A stretch of DNA of 20,000 bases from IMG/VR virus record IMGVR_UViG_3300049733_000582; one strand, given 5' to 3'. Position numbers and translations under genes: made by a program. The notes beneath the pieces were generated by a model, which did no database searches, had not been told where the DNA came from, and saw only the letters and a program-made list of their open reading frames with translations. This stretch comes from an uncultured virus (IMG/VR IMGVR_UViG_3300049733_000582). Lineage: Duplodnaviria; Heunggongvirae; Uroviricota; Caudoviricetes. Below are positions 7,931 to 16,141 of the stretch, in pieces; positions within the stretch are counted from its first letter, which is position 1; every line of letters begins with the position of its first letter.

Positions 7931-10690
7931 GCGCACGGCTCAAGGCCCACGTGGCCGGCGGGCTCCTCCTGGCCGCCCTGCTCCACGGCGCGCTCGAGCG
8001 CGCACCGGACGACGGGATCGTCCGGGCCGAGGCCAGCACGCTCCTCATCCTCGCCGTGAGCGCGGCGCTCAGCGTCGCCAGCTACTACCTGAACCGGCAG
8101 AAGCAAAAGAACCCGATCAACGACGAGCACCCGCCGACGCTGGCCTCGCGCGGCGACTTCGTGAACTACGTGGTCGGCCGCCGGCGCGTAGGGCCGGTGA
8201 TCTGCTGGGTGGGGGGGCGGAGCTCCGATCGGGAGGGCGGCGGGAAGGGGAAGGGTCTGGGGGCGGGGCGGGGGGGGGGGGGCGGGTTCGGGCGAGAAGG
8301 TCTGGTTCGAGGACGCCTGGCACGTGATCTGCCTCGGGCCCGCGGCGCGCCTCTGGGCCATCTGGCAGAACGGGAAGCGCATCTTCGTCGGCCCGATCGA
8401 CCCGGACTCGCACCCCTCGGGCACGACGCTGAACATGGGGCGCGAGGGCAGCGCGGACCTCTACTGGGGTCAACACGACCAGCCGGTGAACAGTTATCTG
8501 GGTGGCGCCGGCCGGGTGGGCATCTCGAGCCGCTGGCCCTTCTTCTGCTACGTGGTCTGGCGCCGGAAGCGCCTCGGGCCCGTCCCCCAGTGGCCACTCC
8601 TCGAGTACGAGATCGAGGTGCGGCCGCACGGGTCGATCCTGCACTCGACCGCTCCCTGGATCGAAGGGGACCAAGCCCTGACCGGGGCCTCGTTCGCGGT
8701 CCAGGCGGCGACCAACGGGATTCCGGGCGTGGGCACGATCGAGGTGGCCGGGGACCAGCGGCGGAAGATCAAGCCCGGGGTGCTCCTCCGCCTGACCGGG
8801 AACGCCGCGCCCGCGGCGGACTACACCGTGCTCCGCACGAGTTTCACGAGCTCGCTCGTGAGCTTCGCGGACGACCGGACGCTCCTCTACTTCCGGGAGC
8901 CGCTGATCGGCCTGGACGCGACCGGCTCGGTGCAGCTCTACGTCGAGAGCGCGGACGAGGGGGCCAACGGCGCGCACCTCCTCTCCCACGTGCTCCACGG
9001 GCCCTTCCCGAACGGGCTGGGCCTGGACCCGGACGAGTTCAACCTGGACAGCCTCGAGGACGTCGGGGAGACCATGCTGGCCGAGCGGATCCCAACCACG
9101 CTCTGGGGCCGGGACGGCGACGAGGCGGTCTCGCTCCTGGCGGGCCTGATGCAGGACCTCGGGGTGGTAATTGGGTGGGAGATCGCGACGGGGCGGTGGC
9201 GCTTCACCGCCGTCCGGAAGGTCGCGGACAGCGACCGCGCGGTCATCGGCGCCGACGTGCTCCTGCCGCCGCTGCCCGTCCTCGAGGCACAGCACGGGGA
9301 CCGGCCCTCGGACCGAATCGTCTTCCTCTTCCTGAACAAGGAGCGCAACTTCCGGAACGACGCGGTCCCGCTGGACGACGACGGCCAAGCCGAGGCGCGC
9401 GGGAACCTCGCCATCCGCCGCGTCCAGCTCCCGACCATCACGGACCTGCCCACGGCGTCCCGGGTCGCCGGCCGGCGGGAGCAGGAGGAGCTTGCCCACG
9501 GCAACACCCTCACGGTCATCGCGAACCGGAGCGCACGCCTGATCGTCCCAGGTCATGCGATCGACGTGACCGGGATCGAGTTCCCCCTCCGGGTCCTCTC
9601 GATTCGGCTCGACGCCCTGACCGGCAAGGTGACCCTGGACTGCATCGGCGACGTCTTCGGCGCGGACGTCTCCGAATACGAGGCGCCGCCGGGCGCGGCG
9701 CTCCCTCCGCCCGAGGAGCCCGAGCTCGACCTCGCACAGCAGATCGTCGAGGTCCCGAGCTACTTGAGTCCAGGGGTCCAGACCCTCGTCGTGCCGCGCA
9801 TCCGGGCCCACGCCTCGATCGTCTCGGCCGCCATGCACCTCAGCCGCGACGACCTGAGCTACACGGTGGTCGGGTTCGAGGATTCGCTCCAGTCCGGCGG
9901 CCTCCTCATCGACGCGCTCCCCGCAGGCGGCTACTACGAGATCGAGGACGGCCCGACCTTCTCGCTGCTCGGGCCGGACGCGAGCGTGTTCCAGGATCTC
10001 GACGACCGGGAGGCCGATTGGCGCGCCGGCCGGCAGGTCGTGGTGCTCGAGGACGAGCTGCTCTTCGTCCGGAAGATGACACTGATGGGCGGGAACGTCT
10101 ACAGGATGACCGGGGTCATCCGCGCGCGCTACGACACCGAGGCGCTCGCGCACGCGCCTGGGGTCCACGTCTTCGTCCTGGACATCCGGCAGATCCTCCG
10201 GATCCAAGACATCCTGCTCGAGCCGGGCGCCCTGATCTACCTCAAGGTCCAGCCGCGCTCCTCGGTGAGCTTCGACCTCGCCGAGGTTCCGGCGCTCACG
10301 AAGACGCTGCACGGGAAAGGCGTGGCGCCCATGCCCATGCCGATCGCCTGGGTCAACTTCGGGCGGAGCTCCTGGGCCGCGGGCGCGAATGTGGTGATCG
10401 AGTGGAGCTACCGGTCGAGCCTCGTCGCGCGCACGGGCGCCGGCATGCAAGGCGCCGGTCGAGCGGTCAGCTTCTCTCCCCCCGAGGGTGAGATCATCCT
10501 CGATATCCTGAAAAACGACTTCACGCTGGTCCGAACCGTCGTGGGCCAGACGGGGTTCAGCTACACGTACACCAACGCGCAGATGGTGACCGACTTCGGG
10601 AGCGAGCCGACGATCTTCCGCGTGCGCGTGCGAAACGTGAACGCCGGCCGCAGCTCCGGGGACCGCGAGCTCCAGCTCTTCCGCTACTGA
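7927..10690 (+). CDS. Tail tip/host-specificity protein (gpJ/GTA megatron-like), about 920 aa, interrupted by a 1-nt frameshift at or near the poly-G run 8270-8282
   Basis: GTG 7927 overlaps the NlpC stop. Frame 1 reads ...ASRGDFVNYVVGRRRVGPVICWVG..GGGKGKG. Frame 2 continues GSGEKVWFEDAWHVICLGPAARLWAIWQNGKRIF to the stop at 10690. The span is 2764 nt (3n+1). Confidence 0.85.
8270..8282 (+). repeat. G13 homopolymer within a G-rich (Gly-coding) tract spanning about 8231-8286
   Basis: Counted directly in the sequence; coincides with the reading-frame switch. Confidence 0.95.
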
Positions 10691-10700
10691 GGAGGGAACG

Positions 10701-11081
10701 ATGTCGCGACCGCGCCTCTTGCCGATCGAATCCGGGACCGAGGGCTGGGACTCGGTGCTCCGGACCAACCTCCTCATCCTGGGCGGCTTCAGCGATGCCG
10801 ATGGGGAGCCATTCCCGATCAAGACCTATCCCGGCTTCGCCAACCTGCCGACCGCCAGCCAGAACGACCAGTGCGTTGCGGCGTTCGACAGCGGGTCCGG
10901 GCAGTTCCGGCTCGTGCTGTCGCTTGGCACGGTCACTGCGCCCGCGGGCGGGAACTGGGCGAAGATCCCCGTACAGGCCGCCGCCCAGGCCGATTTCGCC
11001 GGTGCGGACCTTGCCGCCCTGAAGGTCGAGCTCAATACCTTCCTGGCGAAGCTCAGGACGGCCGGCACCATCGCGCCCTAA
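10701..11081 (+). CDS. Short fibre-like virion protein, 126 aa
   Basis: GAGGAGGG RBS upstream. C-terminal AAAQADFAGADLAALKVELNTFLAKLRTAG resembles the phage head-fibre helical motif. Last gene of the tail operon. Confidence 0.65.
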   Translation: MSRPRLLPIESGTEGWDSVLRTNLLILGGFSDADGEPFPIKTYPGFANLPTASQNDQCVAAFDSGSGQFRLVLSLGTVTAPAGGNWAKIPVQAAAQADFAGADLAALKVELNTFLAKLRTAGTIAP

Positions 11082-11794
11082 GGGGGCGTCATTCTTCGAT
11101 AGGTCTTCTTGGACAAGACTTCGTCGATTGCTTGAGTTGGCAGCGGACCGTGGAACTTGCTCGGGTCAAGGCCTTCTCCCCGAAGAACCGTGAGATAGCT
11201 GCGGAATAGGAGTGTGTTTGTCAGTTTCTCTGCAAGCTCCCATGGCAGCAATTCACCATCTTTGATTGTGTCGCTCTCGCAGATAAGGCGTGCGAGTTCC
11301 CTTGACTCAGGCACCTCCCAAATCAGCACTGGTCTCGTGTGAACGAATCCCCCTATGAATGATGGATAGCAGGCCAAGAGGCTTCCCCAGTACGGCTCCT
11401 TATGAGGGAGATCACCACACGTCACGCCTATCCATTTCTGTTGGCTCTCGAGTAGATGGGCTTCAATGACGGCCTGACCATAGGTAAGTCGTCCCCAGGT
11501 CGAACCGCCATGTGCAAGCCCACCTCTCACCGGAAAAGAAGAGCGGAGGCCCTCCGTCAGGAGAGCCCTGGCGAACCGCAAGATGGAGCCCAAGGAACTC
11601 TCGGTAGATGGGACTGATGCGAAGACGGTATCAGAGAACACTTGCAGCCGATCAATCCCATTCTCGGTTCGTGCTCTCTCAACGATGTCTATCCATTGGT
11701 TGATCCTCTGATCGATCTTAGACTCTCCGAGGTTTGCGACCATCCTCGAGAACCCGAGGATGTCGGCCACCAGGAAATAGTTGTTCTCGGCCAT
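11078..11794 (-). CDS. Class III nucleotidyl (adenylate/guanylate) cyclase-like protein, 238 aa, stand-alone moron
   Basis: Motifs FLVADILGFS (first metal Asp), FSDTV (second Asp), PVRGGLAHG and YGQAVIEAHLLE. GGAG RBS upstream on the minus strand. About 50-53% GC in two sampled 60-nt lines versus about 75% in a sampled tail-gene line. Confidence 0.75.
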   Translation of the reverse strand: MAENNYFLVADILGFSRMVANLGESKIDQRINQWIDIVERARTENGIDRLQVFSDTVFASVPSTESSLGSILRFARALLTEGLRSSFPVRGGLAHGGSTWGRLTYGQAVIEAHLLESQQKWIGVTCGDLPHKEPYWGSLLACYPSFIGGFVHTRPVLIWEVPESRELARLICESDTIKDGELLPWELAEKLTNTLLFRSYLTVLRGEGLDPSKFHGPLPTQAIDEVLSKKTYRRMTPP

Positions 11795-11980
11795 GTGCCT
11801 GCTCCATCAGGTCAGAAGTACTACGGAATGGTGATCCTACCTCGCGCACGCATGACGACGGCGTGCTTCATGTGGCCTCTTGACCTGGCCGATCCATCCT
11901 GTAGGGAAGTATGCGGGTGGTTTGCCGATCGAGTCCCCTCGGTTTGAGGGAGCTGCGGGGCTCGCGTTCCGGACGCTCCC

Positions 11981-12388
11981 ATGCCCCGCGTTTTCCTGCC
12001 GTGCCGGGCGATTCGTTTCGACCTCCGGCCGGCGGCTCACTTCGGCGACGTCACGTACCTCCTCGAGACCGAGGAGGTGAACCCCTTCGACCCAGGGGGG
12101 AGCTTCGCGCGCACGCGCGAAGCTCTGGACCGTAACGCCTTCAACCCCGACCAGGACTACCTCTGCCTGGCGGGGCCCACGGTCTGCGTGACGCTCGTCT
12201 TCGCGCTTGCGCTGCAGCGCTACCAGCGCATCCGCGTCCTCCTCTTCGACGGGAAGTATGGGACGTACCAGCCGCGCCTGGTCGCGCTCAGCGATCTCGC
12301 GCCGGTTGGGCTCGAGGACGTCCGGGTCACGACGATCCCCCGGCGTATGGCCACGTTGGAGCCGCCGGCAGCGATGGGAGGGCAGTGA
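11981..12388 (+). CDS. Phage hypothetical protein, 135 aa, Rossmann-like; possible SAVED/CARF-like fold
   Basis: GAGGGAG lies upstream but is distant from the ATG. Pattern DLRPAAHFGDV...DYLCLAGP(helix)...IRVLLFDGKYGTY. First gene of a co-directional cluster. Confidence 0.65.
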   Translation: MPRVFLPCRAIRFDLRPAAHFGDVTYLLETEEVNPFDPGGSFARTREALDRNAFNPDQDYLCLAGPTVCVTLVFALALQRYQRIRVLLFDGKYGTYQPRLVALSDLAPVGLEDVRVTTIPRRMATLEPPAAMGGQ

Positions 12389-12391
12389 ACC

Positions 12392-14131
12392 ATGACGCTT
12401 GGAACTGAGGGTATCGCCACCATGATCCTCGCGTTCCTGGGGTTCCTCTGGAACGTGGGCCGGAAGGTGAAGCACGTCGCGGCCGTGCTCCTGGTCTTCG
12501 CGTGCGCGCGAGAACCGATCGGCCCGGAGCCCACCACGACGCCGGACGAACAGGCGCCGCCCCCAATCCAGCTCGAGCTGCCGAGCGACGACGCCCGCGC
12601 AATGGCGCGCGTTGCCGCTAGACGATTGCGGCAAGGTCTGGCCCCGACTTCGTCCACTCGCTCCGCCGCCGCCGCCGCGACCGATGGCCCGGGGGCACTT
12701 CTGGACTGGAGCTGGCTCCGGGCCCAGAAGGCCGTCGCCTGGAAGGCCTTCCTGGACGACGTGACCGGACCCACGTTCGCGGCCCCCGAGCTCAAGGGGT
12801 GCGTCCGCGGCTACAAGGTGACGTTCGGCGGCAGCACCGCCTATGGGATAGCGGGACGGCTCCTGGACTGGGCGCGGACTCTCCCGACTGGACAGGACCG
12901 CGAGAGGGCCCTGGCCTGGGTCCGGGAGCACGTCCTGCATGTGATGCGGTTCGAGACTTTTCGCGACGCGAACGGGTTCAGCCAGGTTGCTGGCGAAGGC
13001 GGAGTCGCGGAGCACGTGAGCCCGCAGCTCTCCGATCCGAAGGCTCGCGACACGGACTATCTCCGGCATCTCTGTCTCGAGCCCTATGCGCAGGCCGTCC
13101 TCGATGAGGCGGTGCCCTTCACCGAGGAGGAGCGCGACGAGGCGACCCGCTGGCTGCTCGGCGCCGGCAAGATGCTCCAGGCGCTGACCCAGGGCCCGTC
13201 GATGGCGGTGACGAACACCTTCTACGAGGGGGCGCATGCGCGCCTATTCTTCACCCTCGACAACCTCACATGGTGCTACCTCGCCACGGGCGAGCGCGGG
13301 TTCGTCGAGCACGCCGAGCGGCTCGCGGTCCAATGCCTGGGCTGGACCATCCGCGGCCCGGACACGATGCTGCCGGCTCCGTTCCCGCTCTGGGCCGGCT
13401 CCGATCCCGTTGAATGCGGCGGCCGCGCCCTGGGGAACCCCAACGCTCCGCATAGAGGCGCCGCCTGGTGGCACCTCGCGGACTCGGGCCGGCGCCTGGC
13501 GAGTTTGGCCTTCGTGACCGACCGTCCCGACGTCCGGTCGCTCCTCGTCCGCTGGGTCCTGGTCCAGACCGAGCTCGCGCTCCGCCCTGGGAACCCCATC
13601 TGCCGGGGCGGCTCGGTGCGGCTGAGCGGCGGCGCGCTGCGACCGACGGAGAACGACCCCGTCCCGTGGGCCCTCCTGAATCCGAAGGACGCGCTCACGA
13701 TCTCGCCGACGACGCCCTATCAGTTCCTGACCGGCGTCCAGAACTGGGTCTGGGACGGCGACTATCACTCGAAACTGTTGCCCGACGGGCGGACTCCACG
13801 GATGCGGTACAACGACGGCACCACCGATCGGCTCGGAGTCCTGATCGACTTCCCGAACGGGTTCGGCGCCGCCGACCTCTGGTGGTGCCGCTTCCTTATC
13901 ACGGGCAAGGAAGAGGACCGGCTTCGCGCGCTGGTCGCGCTCCGAGACCGCCTCTTCTGGGGGAACGCTCCAGGCCCGCTCGTCCTCGTCACGACCGGGA
14001 ACCGCTCGGGCTTCCCCTACAACGGGGGGAACGTCGGGCGGGCGCGGACCTTCGCCTGGGCGATGGAGTGCGGAGGCCTACTGCCATGGGACGGCTCGGC
14101 CGAGGCCTCCAGCTTCACGGCGCTCCGATGA
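12392..14131 (+). CDS. Putative membrane-anchored or lipoprotein with helical (alpha/alpha-barrel-like) body, up to 579 aa
   Basis: Hydrophobic N-terminus ending VLLVFAC (lipobox-like), then a Pro-rich linker. Repeated helix-TG-helix motifs YLATGERGFVEHA and FLITGKEEDRLRA. Start uncertain. Confidence 0.6.
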   Translation: MTLGTEGIATMILAFLGFLWNVGRKVKHVAAVLLVFACAREPIGPEPTTTPDEQAPPPIQLELPSDDARAMARVAARRLRQGLAPTSSTRSAAAAATDGPGALLDWSWLRAQKAVAWKAFLDDVTGPTFAAPELKGCVRGYKVTFGGSTAYGIAGRLLDWARTLPTGQDRERALAWVREHVLHVMRFETFRDANGFSQVAGEGGVAEHVSPQLSDPKARDTDYLRHLCLEPYAQAVLDEAVPFTEEERDEATRWLLGAGKMLQALTQGPSMAVTNTFYEGAHARLFFTLDNLTWCYLATGERGFVEHAERLAVQCLGWTIRGPDTMLPAPFPLWAGSDPVECGGRALGNPNAPHRGAAWWHLADSGRRLASLAFVTDRPDVRSLLVRWVLVQTELALRPGNPICRGGSVRLSGGALRPTENDPVPWALLNPKDALTISPTTPYQFLTGVQNWVWDGDYHSKLLPDGRTPRMRYNDGTTDRLGVLIDFPNGFGAADLWWCRFLITGKEEDRLRALVALRDRLFWGNAPGPLVLVTTGNRSGFPYNGGNVGRARTFAWAMECGGLLPWDGSAEASSFTALR

Positions 14132-14355
14132 GCGATACAGCCCCGAAGCCGGAGGGAGCCGCGCCGCCCCTCAATGCGCGAGTGGCCTACTACCGCACGC
14201 TCGTCTCCGACTCCAAGCGTCTCTGCTCCGTGATCTTGGCCGACGTAGCGAGCGATTTGGAGGGGGAGCACATGCTGAAGTTGGACAAGGTCGCCGATCA
14301 CCGCCGCGCGATCGTCAAGCGACTCCGGTCTCGCTCCGCGGAACTGATCGCATGA
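14128..14355 (+). CDS. Hypothetical helical protein, 75 aa (MSDTAPKP...SAELIA)
   Basis: ATGA overlaps at both ends (14128 and 14352); corresponds to the tail of ORF-track 13468..14355. Confidence 0.6.
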   Translation: MSDTAPKPEGAAPPLNARVAYYRTLVSDSKRLCSVILADVASDLEGEHMLKLDKVADHRRAIVKRLRSRSAELIA

Positions 14356-14903
14356 CCTGTATCGCCGCGATCGCCACTCGCTCTGAGGTCTGGATGGGCG
14401 CAGATTCCTGCGGGGCGAACGGCTGGAGCTACATGATCCGCCGGGATCCCAAGCTCTTCCGGACTGGCCCCTTCCTGCTCGGGTTCACCAGCTCGTTCCG
14501 GATGGGACAGCTCCTTCGATTCGGAGCCGAGGCCGAGAAGCTCTCCGCGCTCGCTCCGTCGGGCGACCCGTTCGCCTTCATGGTGGAGAAGTTCATCCCA
14601 TCGGTCCGGAAGATCCTCAAGGCCGGCGGCTTCATGACCACCAAGGACGGGGTCGAATCGGGCGGGAGCTTCCTGGTCGCGTTCGGCCGGCACCTCTTTG
14701 AGATCGACCCCGACTTCCAGGTTGCTCAGGACCGCCGCGGCCTGCACTCCATAGGAAGCGGATACACGTTCGCGCTGGGCGCGATGGCGCTCGCGCGCGG
14801 AGAGCCCAGGGCCCGAATCCTCCAGGCGCTGCGGATCGTCACGCAGTTCCAGCACCACGTCCGCGGACCGTTCCAGGTCCTGAGCACGAGAGGTGCGGCC
14901 TGA
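14352..14903 (+). CDS. HslV/proteasome-beta-like Ntn-hydrolase peptidase, phage type, 183 aa
   Basis: N-terminal M-T-C-I-A (Thr nucleophile), MGADS, PKLF (Lys), SIGSGYTFALGAM, and C-terminal VRGPF. Confidence 0.85.
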   Translation: MTCIAAIATRSEVWMGADSCGANGWSYMIRRDPKLFRTGPFLLGFTSSFRMGQLLRFGAEAEKLSALAPSGDPFAFMVEKFIPSVRKILKAGGFMTTKDGVESGGSFLVAFGRHLFEIDPDFQVAQDRRGLHSIGSGYTFALGAMALARGEPRARILQALRIVTQFQHHVRGPFQVLSTRGAA

Positions 14904-14929
14904 GAGAGCGGACGCCCGATCCTGAGCGG

Positions 14930-15109
14930 ATGATCGGCCGCACGCCGTTCCAACTGGAACGCGTGGACCGCGTCGGGGAGGCGCCGCTCTACGTGGCGAG
15001 CGCTCTGGGCTACCACGGCATCGGCGAGACGCAGGCGGCGGCCATCGCGGACCTTCGCGGGAAGCTGGCGCGGCCTGGTGGCGGTGGCTGCATGCCGGTG
15101 ACGAAGTGA
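14930..15109 (+). CDS. Small HicB-like-fold protein, 59 aa (not in ORF track)
   Basis: Manual translation: MIGRTPFQLERVDRVGEAPLYVASALGYHGIGETQAAAIADLRGKLARPGGGGCMPVTK*. Its stop overlaps the next GTG (GTGA). YVA...G.GET...AI..L resembles the HicB N-terminal domain. Confidence 0.5.
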   Translation: MIGRTPFQLERVDRVGEAPLYVASALGYHGIGETQAAAIADLRGKLARPGGGGCMPVTK

Positions 15110-15354
15110 AGCGCGACCGGCGTCCGCCCTGCCCGAACTGCGGCGGCTACCCCGCGCACTGGATCGTCGAGCGCGACTCCGGGGGCCTCCCCTGCTCCAT
15201 GCTGGGTGCCCTCTGTCCCCATTGTCGGGGGACGGGACGGGACCCGGACGCGCAGGAGCCGTCGGTGGTCGTGCGCGCGTTCCGCCTGAGCGGACCAGGA
15301 TTTCGGCAGAACCTCCTCCCGTTCGAGCCGGTCGATTCGGGAGGGAATCCGTGA
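15106..15354 (+). CDS. Small zinc-finger protein, 82 aa
   Basis: CPNCGG and CPHCRGTG motifs; GTGA overlaps on both sides. Confidence 0.6.
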   Translation: MKRDRRPPCPNCGGYPAHWIVERDSGGLPCSMLGALCPHCRGTGRDPDAQEPSVVVRAFRLSGPGFRQNLLPFEPVDSGGNP

Positions 15355-15899
15355 AAGGGCAACACATCCTCCTCCTCGCCGCAGCGTTGCTCCTCCTTCG
15401 CTGCGCCGGGAGCGATGCCCCAGTTCAGCCGCCAAGGGCGGGACCGGGGCCATCCCACGGTCCCGTCCTCGGCCCGCCCGAGATCGCGGCCGTGCAGCCC
15501 TCGCCGCCAACGGTCGCGCTCGCCGTCACGACGGACGCTCCGGAGTGGGAATGGGTCGTTGTCGAGCTGACGGTCCGCGTCCGCTACCATCCGCCAACCG
15601 GCGGCTGGCGAACACCAATCACCGGCGTCGTCGTCGAGGACTTCCGCGCGCGCGTTCCCGAGGGAGCGTTCCCGCTCCCTTCGTTTGTCCCCGGCTCGCG
15701 CTGGCCGACCGGCGCGGATGCAAAGCCGGAGCAGCTCGAGGACCTCCTGACGATGGCGCAGCTCTGCACGGGGATGCTCGCGCTCTGGGTCGAAGGCTAC
15801 GACGGGATCGACCCTATGGCGCGTCCCTGGGCGCTCGCGTTCCCTGAGCTGATGCAGCCGTGGCTGGCGCGGTGGCGGGCGCCGGAGAGGCCGCGTTGA
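15351..15899 (+). CDS. Putative lipoprotein or secreted protein, 182 aa
   Basis: GGGAGGG RBS precedes GTG 15351. MKGQHILLLAAALLLLRC is a signal peptide ending in Cys, followed by a Pro-rich linker. Confidence 0.6.
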   Translation: MKGQHILLLAAALLLLRCAGSDAPVQPPRAGPGPSHGPVLGPPEIAAVQPSPPTVALAVTTDAPEWEWVVVELTVRVRYHPPTGGWRTPITGVVVEDFRARVPEGAFPLPSFVPGSRWPTGADAKPEQLEDLLTMAQLCTGMLALWVEGYDGIDPMARPWALAFPELMQPWLARWRAPERPR

Positions 15900-16113
15900 C
15901 CGACGAGGAACGCCGCGCGATTTGATCGAGCAGCACCGGCGAATCGTGGAACGGCCGCGGCCCAAGCGACGGCGCAGGGACCCGATGACCATGCCCTGGT
16001 CTGCGCCTCCCCCCAAAGCACACACGCCCTGGCGGTTTCGCTGAGCCCCCGGACGACGTCGTAACGCCTGACTCCGTGCCCCCTCCCGATCTCCCAGATT
16101 CCACCCATTCCCC

Positions 16114-16141
16114 TTGACTACGTATATACGTAGCGTATACT
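16114..16141 (+). promoter_or_regulatory. Sigma70-type promoter TTGACT-N16-TATACT overlapping a perfect 16-bp palindrome (CTACGTATATACGTAG, 16118-16133), probable operator
   Basis: -35 at 16114-16119 and -10 at 16136-16141, each 5/6 consensus, in an AT-rich patch of a high-GC region. AGGAGG RBS at 16178-16183 precedes GTG 16190. Confidence 0.8.

Noticed and set aside
7693..10491. 932-aa ORF as a gene in its own right
   Set aside because: Only 7927 to about 8270 is real coding (tail-tip N-terminus). The rest is out-of-frame read-through after the poly-G shift.
3415..11081. Diversity-generating retroelement or invertible tail-fibre cassette
   Set aside because: No reverse transcriptase, invertase, TR/VR repeat pair or inverted crossover sites were seen.
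1..11081. Gene transfer agent (RcGTA-like) interpretation of the tail module
   Set aside because: BR0599, NlpC and megatron-like genes are shared with GTAs, but the extra virion genes, morons and DUF932/DUF6011 early genes fit a prophage better.
11846..11910. GCACGC-N9-GCGTGC inverted repeat and TTGACC box in the divergent intergenic region
   Set aside because: A 6-bp stem is expected by chance at this GC content and no convincing -10 lies at correct spacing, so it was not called as a promoter or operator.
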